Origin: a virus
Length of the DNA: 64,000 bases
IMG/VR virus record: IMGVR_UViG_3300027909_000021
Reading direction: 5' to 3' (one strand)
Part shown: piece after piece, positions 7,509 to 16,596 of the stretch
Numbering within the stretch: position 1 is the stretch's first letter
Layout: every line of letters starts with the position of its first letter
Notes under the pieces: generated by a model
What the model saw: only the letters and a program-made list of their open reading frames with translations
Told to the model about the DNA's origin: nothing
The model's database searches: none
Position numbers and translations under genes: made by a program

Positions 7509-7963
7509 GCCCGGGTGTACCCAAGTTCCGGATTGTCGTAACCGGCGACCGACATTGGGGGGAGCCAACCCAGGTGTACAACGCCCTGCGTCATTGCTTG
7601 GCCGAGCAGCAGCAGTTTCTGCTGGGGGTGGGTGACTGTCCCACCGGTGCGGACCTGATGGCCAAGTTGTGGGGGGCGAAGTATCTGCGTTTCCCGGTGA
7701 CTCAGTTCAATGCTGGGTGGGTCTATTGGGACTATCAGGGGCAGCGCGCAGCGGCTGGGCCGATCCGGAACGGATTCATGATCGACATGTTCCGGCCCGC
7801 GCTCGTCCTGGCGTTCATCACCCCGGGGTCACGGGGGACAGTCAACTGCGCCAATTATGCCGAATCTCAGGGGATCGAGGTTCGTAGGTTCTTTGGAAGG
7901 AGGGGGAGAGTCTCTGATGAACCTGGGGGAGTTCCGCAGGAAAACCAAGGACTTGCCCGATGA
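7505..7963 (+). CDS. DUF2493 / YspA-type SLOG domain protein
   Basis: The pattern RIVVTGDRHW...GDCPTGADLMA..W...AGPIRN..M....P.LVLAF..PGSRGT.NC matches the DUF2493 signature recalled from memory. Confidence 0.65.
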   Translation: MSPGVPKFRIVVTGDRHWGEPTQVYNALRHCLAEQQQFLLGVGDCPTGADLMAKLWGAKYLRFPVTQFNAGWVYWDYQGQRAAAGPIRNGFMIDMFRPALVLAFITPGSRGTVNCANYAESQGIEVRRFFGRRGRVSDEPGGVPQENQGLAR

Positions 7964-8138
7964 CACTGATCTTTTGGGCGACGCGGGTGACATGGAGGCA
8001 TGTGAACTGGATTCATCGCTGTACCTGCCGCCGACGTTGGAGCATCCTCCCGCGGTGCTTGTGCGCCTCGGGCAGGCGGTCACCATCATGCTTGACGTGG
8101 ATGCCCGCCTTGATGCGGCGCGGAGGTGGTATTACTGA
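7917..8138 (+). CDS. hypothetical protein (73 aa)
   Basis: ATG at 7917 follows GGAAGGAGGGGGAG. Confidence 0.6.
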   Translation: MNLGEFRRKTKDLPDDTDLLGDAGDMEACELDSSLYLPPTLEHPPAVLVRLGQAVTIMLDVDARLDAARRWYY

Positions 8139-8365
8139 TGGCCCGGTTACCGAGTGACATGTACATCATCAACCAGGTCGGCGATGACGTGGTGCTCTGG
8201 GAGGAGGGTCTGGAGACGGAGATCGTCCGGTTCGACCCACTGAATGCTGATGCCACCGCCCGCGCCCAGAAGGTCATCTACGACTCACCGTTGTTGTCCG
8301 ACGAGGACAAGTGCTTCGCACACTTCTGGTCCGGCTACTTCTACGCCTGTGCCAGGGTTTCCTAG
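8138..8365 (+). CDS. hypothetical protein (75 aa)
   Basis: TGATG overlap with the upstream stop. Confidence 0.6.
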   Translation: MARLPSDMYIINQVGDDVVLWEEGLETEIVRFDPLNADATARAQKVIYDSPLLSDEDKCFAHFWSGYFYACARVS

Positions 8366-8371
8366 AGCATC

Positions 8372-8635
8372 TTGCGACCCCAGTGGTGCACGCGTACCAT
8401 TGGGGTCGTGAGTGACTTGGTGCAGAAGAAGCGGACAGAATGGCGCCGTCATGCCATGCGTAACCTGCGTGAGCTGGAGATGCTCGCTGAGCAGCTGCGG
8501 GCCAGGCTCGAAGCCGAACCGGAACTCAACCTCGGCGACCTTGTTCACGAGTCCAGCGACCTGATCTCATTCGCGACGACAGTCGTTACCTACGTCGACC
8601 GCGATGGGGCCCTCCTGGAAGCGGGTGTCGAATGA
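8372..8635 (+). CDS. hypothetical protein (alternative start GTG 8408)
   Basis: Track ORF. Confidence 0.55.
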   Translation: MRPQWCTRTIGVVSDLVQKKRTEWRRHAMRNLRELEMLAEQLRARLEAEPELNLGDLVHESSDLISFATTVVTYVDRDGALLEAGVE

Positions 8636-8931
8636 TCGACGAAAGTACCCGAGATCGCATAGAAGCGGTCATCCTGCGGTCCCAGCATGACGGCGTGAAC
8701 ATGTGGGACGCGTTGGACCGGGCGGGCCTGATAGTTACCTCGCAGCAGACCTACGTGCTGTGGGCCAGGTGCCTGGAGCAGCTCAGGACGAACGTCGAGC
8801 TTCAGACGGTCCACAACCTGGTCCAGCTGGGCGGGGGACAGAACACGCCCATGGACGCAGTCAGAGGCGTACTTACATACATCGATTTCTGCTTGAGGCA
8901 GTACCAGCACCAAGCGAGGGAACGACTATGA
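8632..8931 (+). CDS. hypothetical protein (99 aa)
   Basis: ATGA overlap with the upstream gene. Confidence 0.65.
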   Translation: MIDESTRDRIEAVILRSQHDGVNMWDALDRAGLIVTSQQTYVLWARCLEQLRTNVELQTVHNLVQLGGGQNTPMDAVRGVLTYIDFCLRQYQHQARERL

Positions 8932-9167
8932 CCCACGACAGATTCGCAGCATTTTGGCTCGCCATGCTCTGGAACGCCGCCCGCATCGGCTGGCCCCGGA
9001 TCAAAGCCTTCTACATCGAACAGATCCGGCGCTACGTCGACCGCTACTACCGCATCGGACGCCACTCCACCCGAGCCCAGGGGCTCCTGCACGGACGCTG
9101 GGCCATGGACATCGTCGCGAGCCTGCGCGGCCAGCGAGACCTGCACAGCCACCGGATCCCGGCATGA
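8928..9167 (+). CDS. hypothetical protein (79 aa)
   Basis: ATGA overlap; internal start of track ORF 8703-9167. Confidence 0.6.
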   Translation: MTHDRFAAFWLAMLWNAARIGWPRIKAFYIEQIRRYVDRYYRIGRHSTRAQGLLHGRWAMDIVASLRGQRDLHSHRIPA

Positions 9168-9328
9168 CCTGGAAACGCCGGGCGGAACCGGAATGCCAGC
9201 GATGCGGGGACGAAGGGGCCGAACTGTGCCCCGAATGCCTGCGGTTCCTGTGCGACGGATGCTTAGACAACCACGAGCACATCTGGAGAGGGGGAAAAGA
9301 TGGCCGCGACCAAAAGCGATCTACGTGA
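9164..9328 (+). CDS. small Cys-rich zinc-ribbon-like protein (54 aa)
   Basis: ATGA overlap. Contains CQRCG..CPEC..CDGC..H.H. Confidence 0.55.
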   Translation: MTWKRRAEPECQRCGDEGAELCPECLRFLCDGCLDNHEHIWRGGKDGRDQKRST

Positions 9329-9551
9329 CTGGTTCATCAAGGGCCGGTTCAGTGCCCAAGCCCCCTACGGGTACATGGTGATCGTCTGCGACATGTTCGA
9401 CTGGACCGACTACCCGGTCTACGTGGTGTCCCGCGAGGCCGCGCAGGCAGTCGTCGCTAGCCGGGGATCCATGGAGAAGGTCATGGAGGTTTATGACTTG
9501 GACATGGACATGGAGACCCAGTTGGCCGAGTACCGGGCCTGGCATCTATGA
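9300..9551 (+). CDS. hypothetical protein (83 aa)
   Basis: Track ORF. Confidence 0.65.
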   Translation: MAATKSDLRDWFIKGRFSAQAPYGYMVIVCDMFDWTDYPVYVVSREAAQAVVASRGSMEKVMEVYDLDMDMETQLAEYRAWHL

Positions 9552-9724
9552 GATACCGCTGCGGATGCTGCCTGCTGTCGGCGACGGCCAAGTACAAGGT
9601 GGCCTGGTGCTGCGTGCACAAGATGTACGAGTGTCGAAGCTGCTGGGAGCATGCGCACCCCAACGCCACAGAAGACACCTGGGGCATGAACTGCGAGGAG
9701 GTGCTGGGTGCCGACGAAGTCTAA
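9548..9724 (+). CDS. small Cys-rich protein (58 aa)
   Basis: ATGA overlap. Sequence begins MRYRCGCCLLSATAKYKVAWCCVHKMYECRSCWEHAH. Below the track cutoff. Confidence 0.5.
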   Translation: MRYRCGCCLLSATAKYKVAWCCVHKMYECRSCWEHAHPNATEDTWGMNCEEVLGADEV

Positions 9725-10061
9725 GCAGACACTTCTCCCCGCGGACCCCGACGATCTGGTCTGTGACACATGCCCGGAGCGGTTCCCGTACAAGGGTGAC
9801 ACGTATCGGACATTCGAGGCGGCGCGGGTCAAAGGCTGGCACATCTACCAGCACATCGTGGCCACCTACACCCGGGCCGGGGACCCCGCCGGGGTGGTCC
9901 GCAACATAGACACCCGGATCTTGTGCCCGCAGTGCGTGGGAACACCCCGCTCCCAGCTGCCGGCGGCACCGACGGTTCTGGAGGGCCAAGCGGACATCCT
10001 CGAAGCCCTGGCGGTGACAGCGGAAGAGGAGAAAAAACCACCAGAAAAGGGGACCAACTGA
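9708..10061 (+). CDS. zinc-ribbon protein (CDTC...CPQC), 117 aa
   Basis: Track ORF. Confidence 0.6.
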   Translation: MPTKSKQTLLPADPDDLVCDTCPERFPYKGDTYRTFEAARVKGWHIYQHIVATYTRAGDPAGVVRNIDTRILCPQCVGTPRSQLPAAPTVLEGQADILEALAVTAEEEKKPPEKGTN

Positions 10062-10372
10062 TGAACTATGCCGATCAGGCCCGTCGGTTCTTTGACCTGG
10101 AACAACAGGAGCAGATCGCCATCGACTGGCGGACCGATTTCCTCATGTCCTTGGCGGTACGTGAGCTGGAGAAAAGGATGAGGCACTACCCCAAGAACAT
10201 GCAGGCGGACTACACCGGTCACCTGGAACAGCTACATCGGGACCTGTGTGACGAGGACCTCCTGCGAACTAGGCACATCGGTATGCAGCGGCATTATCTG
10301 CGCCTGGCGCAGGCGTACGCCATTGAAGCCCAGCGTCTAGGCCACGTCGAAACGGGGGCCGTGTTCGCATGA
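10061..10372 (+). CDS. hypothetical protein (103 aa)
   Basis: TGATG overlap; internal start of ORF 9923-10372. Confidence 0.6.
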   Translation: MNYADQARRFFDLEQQEQIAIDWRTDFLMSLAVRELEKRMRHYPKNMQADYTGHLEQLHRDLCDEDLLRTRHIGMQRHYLRLAQAYAIEAQRLGHVETGAVFA

Positions 10373-10557
10373 GCAATCGGGCCAAGGGCCTTCTGGTCAG
10401 GATCTGGGAACGCCTCGTCGACGGCCCCAAGTGCCCCAACTGTGGCCATGACACCGCAATCCACGACGAGGGCCGATGCCTCGGCTCCGTCGAAGAACGG
10501 GGAATGCACGTCCGCTGGTGTGGCTGCACCAGTCTGCGCAAAGGAGAGGGCCAATGA
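10369..10557 (+). CDS. small Cys/His protein (62 aa)
   Basis: ATGA overlap. Contains CPNCGH...C...C.C. Confidence 0.6.
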   Translation: MSNRAKGLLVRIWERLVDGPKCPNCGHDTAIHDEGRCLGSVEERGMHVRWCGCTSLRKGEGQ

Positions 10558-10949
10558 ACACGCTAAACAATAACGAGATCGACCTGACAGCCCACGCCTA
10601 CCTGGTCGAAGAGGAAAACAGCGCCAATCAGGCGCGGCGGTTCCATGAGGCCGAAGCCAAAAGGTACGGCCGTATCCGGGATGCGGCGCGGGCACGGCTG
10701 GACAAGCTGATGGGCGTCCACACCGTTGGCGTGGTCAACGGCGTGCAGGTGATCCGCAAGACCCTGTCGGATCAGTTCGCCCACGCCAGGTTCCGTAACC
10801 GGTATCCACAGCTGTACGCCGACTACCTGGTGCCGAAGCTGGAGTACGTGTTGGACATGGATCGGTTGAACAAGGAGTTGCCACAGATCGTCGCCGAGTT
10901 CTCGACGCTGCGGTGGACGAACAACTCGGATGTGTTGGACCAGTCCTAG
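10554..10949 (+). CDS. hypothetical protein (131 aa), coiled-coil N-terminus
   Basis: ATGA overlap; internal start of ORF 10476-10949. Confidence 0.6.
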   Translation: MNTLNNNEIDLTAHAYLVEEENSANQARRFHEAEAKRYGRIRDAARARLDKLMGVHTVGVVNGVQVIRKTLSDQFAHARFRNRYPQLYADYLVPKLEYVLDMDRLNKELPQIVAEFSTLRWTNNSDVLDQS

Positions 10950-11098
10950 TGACTTACCTTGTCGCGTGTGTCGGCACGGTCCTGTGGATGTTGGGACTGG
11001 TCGTTTTTCTGCGGGGGTTCAAAGTGTTTCGGGTGCGCAGCGTGAGGCAGGGGAAGGACAGTGCCCAGGTCGCATCGCAAGACGAACGTGGCGGGTAA
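10949..11098 (+). CDS. small membrane protein (49 aa)
   Basis: TAGTG overlap. Contains the hydrophobic segment VTYLVACVGTVLWMLGLVVFL. Confidence 0.45.
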   Translation: MTYLVACVGTVLWMLGLVVFLRGFKVFRVRSVRQGKDSAQVASQDERGG

Positions 11099-11426
11099 GC
11101 GTTCTGGAATGATCAAGAAGCAGGTCGACAAGGCAACCAAAGGTATCCGGTCGGTCCGCGCGGAGCTGTCGCAGCAACGAGGTCACATCTACCTATCCGG
11201 CACCTACACCGACCCCCCCAAGCCTGGCAGGACCCGGGGGCCACTGAGCGCCGGCGAGATCGAACAGATCCGACAGTTGAAGGCGGCCGGACTCAGCCAT
11301 GAGGCGGTTGCCCTCCGGCTGGGGGTCAACACGGGCACCATCACCCGGGCCTGTTCCAAGCATCAGATTCCTAGTGTCCGCAAGGCGCAGGGGGGCCGCG
11401 GGAAGAAAAGCACCGAGAAGGAGTGA
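11061..11426 (+). CDS. helix-turn-helix DNA-binding protein
   Basis: The C-terminal segment LSHEAVALRLGVNTGTITRACSKH is HTH-like. The start is uncertain (ATG 11109 is possible). Confidence 0.55.
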   Translation: MPRSHRKTNVAGKRSGMIKKQVDKATKGIRSVRAELSQQRGHIYLSGTYTDPPKPGRTRGPLSAGEIEQIRQLKAAGLSHEAVALRLGVNTGTITRACSKHQIPSVRKAQGGRGKKSTEKE

Positions 11427-11629
11427 CCATGGAAGAAACCTTGGGCAGGCGCCTGGTGCGCACCCTTAACGGAGTGCGGATCCATCGGGCGACGTGCCAG
11501 TGGGCCAAGCCCGGCCATGTACGTACCTGGCACTGGGCGGATACCGTGTCCGACCGGGCCCTGTTGGCGGAGATAGAGGGTATGGGCATGAAGCCGTGCA
11601 AAGAGTGCAAGCCGCTGGAGAACTTGTAG
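11423..11629 (+). CDS. hypothetical protein (68 aa)
   Basis: Track ORF. Confidence 0.55.
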   Translation: MTMEETLGRRLVRTLNGVRIHRATCQWAKPGHVRTWHWADTVSDRALLAEIEGMGMKPCKECKPLENL

Positions 11630-11836
11630 ATGATCACCCCTGGGCCATGGGAGATGTGGCCGCACCCCACCGTTCGCGGGTCCTACATCCTGGTAGGGCC
11701 ACTCGGCGACGGGGCCGACCGTCACACCGTGGCCCAGGTGCTCATCTGCGACGACGGCACGCATCCGGATCGGGCGAAAGACGATGCCAGGTTCATCGTC
11801 GAGACCGTGAATGCCGCTAGAGGGGAAAGCCAATGA
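11630..11836 (+). CDS. hypothetical protein (68 aa)
   Basis: Track ORF, abutting the upstream stop. Confidence 0.6.
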   Translation: MITPGPWEMWPHPTVRGSYILVGPLGDGADRHTVAQVLICDDGTHPDRAKDDARFIVETVNAARGESQ

Positions 11837-12051
11837 ATGATCACGCTGAGACCACGCTACGCGTTGTCCGCGGTGGCATCGCCGACTTCGACGAGGCCCT
11901 GCGGTGGGCCCTGGTCGTCAAGGCCGACCAGTTCGCCACAGCCACCATGCTCCGCTTCGAGCTGGAGCAGTATCTCGTCATCTCCGACGACACCACCGAG
12001 CCGCTGTACCAGTGGAACGCTCTGGTGTCCGGGCTTGTGGAGGAGATGTGA
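11833..12051 (+). CDS. hypothetical protein (72 aa)
   Basis: ATGA overlap. Confidence 0.6.
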   Translation: MNDHAETTLRVVRGGIADFDEALRWALVVKADQFATATMLRFELEQYLVISDDTTEPLYQWNALVSGLVEEM

Positions 12052-12320
12052 GCATCGAAGAGGTCCAGCGGTTGCGTGAGCGCGTCGCCGAGTTGGAGCA
12101 GCAGCTGGCCGAGGTGGGACAATGGACCGGGCGTCACGTGATCGATCTGCGAGCCGACGGGTTCACGATCATGCACCCGCTGTCGTGCCGCCCGAACCTG
12201 TTTGACTGCATCTACAACCATGAGGCGGCCGAGCTGGAGTCCGCCGATCACGAACTGGGCCGGTGGTACTGCACGCTGGACGAGGCCACTTCTACCTTGC
12301 GGATCGAGGAGCGGGCGTGA
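12048..12320 (+). CDS. hypothetical protein (90 aa)
   Basis: GTGA overlap; internal start of ORF 11904-12320. Confidence 0.55.
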   Translation: MSIEEVQRLRERVAELEQQLAEVGQWTGRHVIDLRADGFTIMHPLSCRPNLFDCIYNHEAAELESADHELGRWYCTLDEATSTLRIEERA

Positions 12321-12322
12321 CC

Positions 12323-12418
12323 ATGTCGCAGTGGGGTTCGATCCTGGTGGCCGCCGGGGGCGCCATCATGGTGATCTTCGGGCTAGTACTGATCTGGGTC
12401 CTCTGGAAACAACAGTGA
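12323..12418 (+). CDS. small membrane peptide (31 aa)
   Basis: MSQWGSILVAAGGAIMVIFGLVLIWVLWKQQ. High GC3. GTGA overlap with the next gene. Confidence 0.45.
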   Translation: MSQWGSILVAAGGAIMVIFGLVLIWVLWKQQ

Positions 12419-12651
12419 CCACAATTGACCGGCGGGTACGCACAGAACGGTACATCGAATACTGGGTGCCCGCCGGGGCCAGCGCCAAAGACATGAGCAC
12501 CATCATCAGGGAGGCGACCCGGGACTACGCAGATCAGTACGACTGGGCCTGGAACCCGGATTTCATGCCGGACGCCGACGACTGGTTCACGGTCCATCCT
12601 CACGACGAGCACGTAATTGTCAGGATAAAATGCCCCGATGAGGCGTCCTAG
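12415..12651 (+). CDS. hypothetical protein (78 aa)
   Basis: GTGA overlap; internal start of ORF 12202-12651. Confidence 0.55.
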   Translation: MTTIDRRVRTERYIEYWVPAGASAKDMSTIIREATRDYADQYDWAWNPDFMPDADDWFTVHPHDEHVIVRIKCPDEAS

Positions 12652-13219
12652 TGGAGTTTGCAAAGACTGCTGGGCCGAGTATCTTCGAGCCCTGGATGAC
12701 GACCCGTTCGCAGTGATGCCCCGGTGGAGGCCCGCACCCGAGCCGGGGCCTCGCTGTGTTACCCACGCACGTGCCGAAAAGGCCCGCCGTAGCGCCCGTA
12801 CACACGCGTTGAAGGTCGAGGCGGGGTTCGGGATACCAGCCGACGTCTACTGGGCTCTGTACGAGTTCCAGGGGGGCCGCTGCGCCATCCTGGGGTGCCG
12901 GGCCACCGGCAAAACCCGACGCCTAGCCGTCGACCATGACCACAAATGCTGCCCAGGCCGGACAAGCTGTGGCAAATGTGTCAGGGGCCTGCTGTGCAAC
13001 CCGCACAACGAGATGTTCGGCCGCAACGGCGACGACCCGAACGTGTTCATGGACATGGCCGACTACCTGCGGTTCCCGGCATACCTGCGATACCTGTGGG
13101 TCCAGCAGGGCCGCGAGGTGCCCACATCTCGGGTACTGCGGGACCTCGCGGCCAAGCAGACCCGGGATTCGTTCGCACTGGAGCGTGGAGATGGGCAAGG
13201 AACGCAGGCACCGGCGTAA
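12638..13219 (+). CDS. recombination endonuclease VII family protein
   Basis: GGRCAILGC....LAVDHDHKCC......CVRGLLCNPHN matches the Endonuclease_7 signature. Confidence 0.8.
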   Translation: MRRPSGVCKDCWAEYLRALDDDPFAVMPRWRPAPEPGPRCVTHARAEKARRSARTHALKVEAGFGIPADVYWALYEFQGGRCAILGCRATGKTRRLAVDHDHKCCPGRTSCGKCVRGLLCNPHNEMFGRNGDDPNVFMDMADYLRFPAYLRYLWVQQGREVPTSRVLRDLAAKQTRDSFALERGDGQGTQAPA

Positions 13220-13634
13220 CCATCCGCCATACCCCATGGAGCAGTGCTGGCACTGCCAGCGAGACAGGGTCCACTGCCGGTCGAAGATCCGGTTTTCCAG
13301 CTGGGTCGAGGCCGACCAGTGGGTCACCGAGTTCAATGAGGAGCGGGCGTACACCGACACGGTGTGGCGCTACTACTGCGACTGGTGCGACGGCTGGCAC
13401 ATGTACCAACCCACCGACAAAGAGGGCCTGCGGCAGGTGGAACGGATGCGGCGCAAGTGGCTACTACAGCGCCGTACGCAGACTGAACAACTGAATCGCT
13501 ACGCCGGCCCCGGAGCTGTTGAGAAGCAGCGAGGCACCGTACGCCGATATCGGGAACACACCAGTGCGGTAGAGCCCGTTAGCGGACAAGGTGTAGGTGC
13601 GGCTGGTGACGACGAGATCAAAGTCGAACCCTGA
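13191..13634 (+). CDS. Cys-rich hypothetical protein (147 aa)
   Basis: ATG at 13191 follows GGAG. Contains CWHC...C and CDWCDGWH. The 3' 170 nt overlap a convergent gene and show low GC3. Confidence 0.55.
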   Translation: MGKERRHRRNHPPYPMEQCWHCQRDRVHCRSKIRFSSWVEADQWVTEFNEERAYTDTVWRYYCDWCDGWHMYQPTDKEGLRQVERMRRKWLLQRRTQTEQLNRYAGPGAVEKQRGTVRRYREHTSAVEPVSGQGVGAAGDDEIKVEP

Positions 13635-13814
13635 TGGGATCGCTACCGTCACCGTCCTGGCCACACCTCCCGACAGCGTCAAAGCGGCCCACGTATACCC
13701 GTCGTTGCCCGCCACGTTGCCATTGGCCACATCCATAGCGATCCCCGGCGTCGTCGTGTCTGCCGTCACCGCAAACCGGGAGATCGGATACACCGGCAAA
13801 ACAGTCCTAGGCAT
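13464..13814 (-). CDS. hypothetical beta-rich protein (116 aa)
   Basis: Track ORF with high GC3 throughout. Confidence 0.7.
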   Translation of the reverse strand: MPRTVLPVYPISRFAVTADTTTPGIAMDVANGNVAGNDGYTWAALTLSGGVARTVTVAIPSGFDFDLVVTSRTYTLSANGLYRTGVFPISAYGASLLLNSSGAGVAIQLFSLRTAL

Positions 13815-14166
13815 CGGCGTTCACCCGCCTGGAACGGCGGCGACGCTGATACTTGCCCCTGTTCGGGTGCGGCGGCAGCTTCGCCTTGTCCTCCACCAAC
13901 AGATGCAGAGGCAGGTCGGTGCCTTTACGCAACTCGTCGACCAGAAAACGGGCTCGTCGGGCCACCCACCACTGGTCCCGGTCAGAGATCGTCACCTGGA
14001 AGTTGAGCGTGCCCAAGTTCATGCCCGACAGCCAGGCGTTGCGATAGAACTGAGGCGTCTCGGTCACCAAGCGCTTGAGCACCGGCCTGACCTGGTTCGC
14101 CCAGATCGTCAGTTGGTCATGGTTCGTGGTGGTGATCTGCCACGTGAACCGGCGATGAGTCCACAC
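13807..14166 (-). CDS. hypothetical protein (119 aa)
   Basis: Track ORF, directly downstream of the lysin. Confidence 0.65.
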   Translation of the reverse strand: MWTHRRFTWQITTTNHDQLTIWANQVRPVLKRLVTETPQFYRNAWLSGMNLGTLNFQVTISDRDQWWVARRARFLVDELRKGTDLPLHLLVEDKAKLPPHPNRGKYQRRRRSRRVNADA

Positions 14167-14168
14167 AG

Positions 14169-14897
14169 TTACGCCTCCGGCGCAGGATTCCAGACGATGG
14201 TTCCCGCAGTGCTAAAGGTGCTCGTCGCCGGGAACGTGGCACCACCGCCGCCACTTGACTGGTTCAGCAGCTGCTGAACCATCTGCTGCAACGTGGCCAC
14301 CTCGGCGGCCAGGTCAGTCACCTGCTGTGCAGTGGCTAGTCCCGGCAGCAACCGTAGACCCGAACGTAATTCGCCGCCCTTGTCCAGCAAGATGCCGTGG
14401 GAACTGGGCTGGTTAGCGTCCTGGTACTGCCACGGGGCTGCACGTAGGAACGACTTCTCCTCTTCGGTGAAGCTCATGAAACCCTCCAAATTCCAGGGTG
14501 TACTAGTGTCGCTGACCGGCGCATCCAGAACAGAGATGTGCACGTGGTTTTTGTGCATATCGGAGGAGCCGGTGTATGCCCTCCACGTCCAGGCGTCTGA
14601 GCCCGACGTGTCGAAGGTCCGAGAGTTACTGATGACATATTTGATCCGTTCGTCACGGTTGACCCGCAGTACCTCAGCAAATTTGTACGAGTCAAACCCG
14701 TGCGCCGGGTCGTGGGTCAAATCCAGAGCCGTGACCATCTCCGAGCCGACCCCGGACACGCTGTGTGGACAATGATCGGAGGTCGTCGAATGATTAGTGT
14801 CACAGATGGTTCCGTCGGCACCCTTACCACGATTCGGGGCAAGGGTGTTGACCTGGTCCCGCAGGACCAGAAGCGACTCCATCACGCGCCAGGCCAT
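14169..14897 (-). CDS. endolysin, zinc DD/LD-peptidase (M15/VanY-like) N-terminal domain
   Basis: The pattern SDH.PH ... DLTHD ... H.H.S is typical of Hedgehog/DD-peptidase-fold lysins. It is adjacent to a holin-like gene with an ATGA overlap. Confidence 0.7.
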   Translation of the reverse strand: MAWRVMESLLVLRDQVNTLAPNRGKGADGTICDTNHSTTSDHCPHSVSGVGSEMVTALDLTHDPAHGFDSYKFAEVLRVNRDERIKYVISNSRTFDTSGSDAWTWRAYTGSSDMHKNHVHISVLDAPVSDTSTPWNLEGFMSFTEEEKSFLRAAPWQYQDANQPSSHGILLDKGGELRSGLRLLPGLATAQQVTDLAAEVATLQQMVQQLLNQSSGGGGATFPATSTFSTAGTIVWNPAPEA

Positions 14898-15280
14898 CAG
14901 ACCTCCATGTTCGGCAGCTTCGAGTCGGGGGGGATCAATGCCGCCAGCGTCACGTTCGTTCGGTGGGCCAGGTCCAACTGTTCACGCATCTGTTGGCGTT
15001 CCAAAACGGCCTGGGCACGTTCTAGGGCCATCTGTGCACGCAGTGCCTCATTGTTGCCGTTGGCCAGTTCTTTTACTTGTCCCAGCTGTTCGGACGAGAC
15101 CGCGTTGTTCTTGTAGTTCTGGGCGGCGCTGAACCCGAGGGCGCCCAGGATCAGCACCCCGAGGCTGGCGATGGCGCCTAGTTCCTGACCGAGCGCGACC
15201 AGGAGTACCAGTGTGGTGCACAAAATTGCTACGAGGGTCACGAAATGCCAGCCGTTGAGCTTGTCCATAATCCCTCGCAT
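14897..15280 (-). CDS. holin-like membrane protein
   Basis: Two hydrophobic helices followed by a coiled-coil tail, immediately upstream of the lysin. Confidence 0.55.
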   Translation of the reverse strand: MRGIMDKLNGWHFVTLVAILCTTLVLLVALGQELGAIASLGVLILGALGFSAAQNYKNNAVSSEQLGQVKELANGNNEALRAQMALERAQAVLERQQMREQLDLAHRTNVTLAALIPPDSKLPNMEV

Positions 15281-15319
15281 TCCCCGATCATGTCATATTT
15301 GTATCTTTTTATCCAGGTT

Positions 15320-16030
15320 CTACAGGGTGCGCCAGACCCGCAGCGCTGAACCGATCCGGACCACGATCGCTGACGCGTCCACCGCGTTCTGGCACGCCTG
15401 GACTTGGAGGTTGCCCGCCGTGCCACCCATCGTCAGCCGCCCGTGAGCGTGGATGTAGACCGAGTTGGCCGTGCCCGTGCCCGACGTTCCGAAGGCGATG
15501 AACCCAGCCGACGCCGTCTGCACCGGCCCGAACACGCCGTCACCGACCCCGGCGGCGATAGTCAATGCAGGACCGATGGCTCCCCAGCGGGCGTTGGTGA
15601 CACCGGCAGGCCACGTGAACGCCAGGCGGCAGTCCGAGGCAGTCGTTGCGTCGATGAAAAAGTCGAGTTCGAATCGAAACGTCCCGGCCGTTGGCAGCGG
15701 ACACACTAGTGCGGTCACGTTTTGAAGCGCGATCGACGAGGCGGCCAGGGTCTGATCCCCTGTCACCTCCACCTCGATGTTCAGTGCCCGGTGGTAGAGA
15801 CTGATCCAATTCGCCGTGTTCCAGATGTCGACCCGGTCCACATCGGCCAGCGCTGACGCCTCGTTCTCGTTCGGTGCTGGGTTGCGGGCGGTCCGATCCG
15901 CTTCGGAGGCATACCGCTGCCACAGCCGGTTTTCCATGACGCCGTCCCAGGACACCTGCGCCGACGGCAGGTTCGCCGGGTCGGCGCCCTGCTGCTCCGG
16001 AATGCCCTGGTTGGCACTGTTGACAGGCAT
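15320..16030 (-). CDS. minor tail / fibre-like protein
   Basis: Gly/Thr/Ala-rich beta protein at the distal end of the tail block. Confidence 0.55.
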   Translation of the reverse strand: MPVNSANQGIPEQQGADPANLPSAQVSWDGVMENRLWQRYASEADRTARNPAPNENEASALADVDRVDIWNTANWISLYHRALNIEVEVTGDQTLAASSIALQNVTALVCPLPTAGTFRFELDFFIDATTASDCRLAFTWPAGVTNARWGAIGPALTIAAGVGDGVFGPVQTASAGFIAFGTSGTGTANSVYIHAHGRLTMGGTAGNLQVQACQNAVDASAIVVRIGSALRVWRTL

Positions 16031-16038
16031 GGGTTCTC

Positions 16039-16596
16039 CTAGGGAAGCGCAAGCCGGGTGGCGGTGAGTCTGCCGAAAAAGTTCAAGGTCGGTTGAGTGC
16101 CGGTATACAAGACGGTCGAAGTGATCGTTTCACCGACAGCCATCAGTGGCATCAGCACCGAGACGCTGAAGGTGGAGGCGGGGACGAGGGCACCGGTGTT
16201 CTGTGACTCGCGGTAGGCGACCTCGGCGCCGGCGCGTAGCACTGCATAACGTACCGACGTGACGTTTCCGGACAGGTTGCCCGAATGCTGGGAGGTCACC
16301 AGGTACGTCCCGGCAACCTGCACGGTCAGCAAGGTTGGCGAGCCGATGTTGAACATGGTGGAACGGTCGTAGACGACGGTGTTGTAGGTCAAGGTGGTGG
16401 TGACACCGGTGGCGATCGACTGGCTGGCGGCGTTACGGACCGCCGCCGCGGGTGGCTGGGTGGCCAGGTCGGCGTTGGCCCACACCGTCGACAGGGCTGT
16501 TTCGATCCCGATCGAGTAGTCCTGGAGGTCGGCCAGGGTGATGGTCTCGGGTTCGCAGGGGAACGGAATGCCGAAGACCTCGGTGACGTCACCCAT
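16039..16596 (-). CDS. minor tail protein (fibre paralog)
   Basis: N-terminal GIPFPCEPETITLADLQDYSIGIETAL module is shared with its neighbours. Confidence 0.55.
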   Translation of the reverse strand: MGDVTEVFGIPFPCEPETITLADLQDYSIGIETALSTVWANADLATQPPAAAVRNAASQSIATGVTTTLTYNTVVYDRSTMFNIGSPTLLTVQVAGTYLVTSQHSGNLSGNVTSVRYAVLRAGAEVAYRESQNTGALVPASTFSVSVLMPLMAVGETITSTVLYTGTQPTLNFFGRLTATRLALP

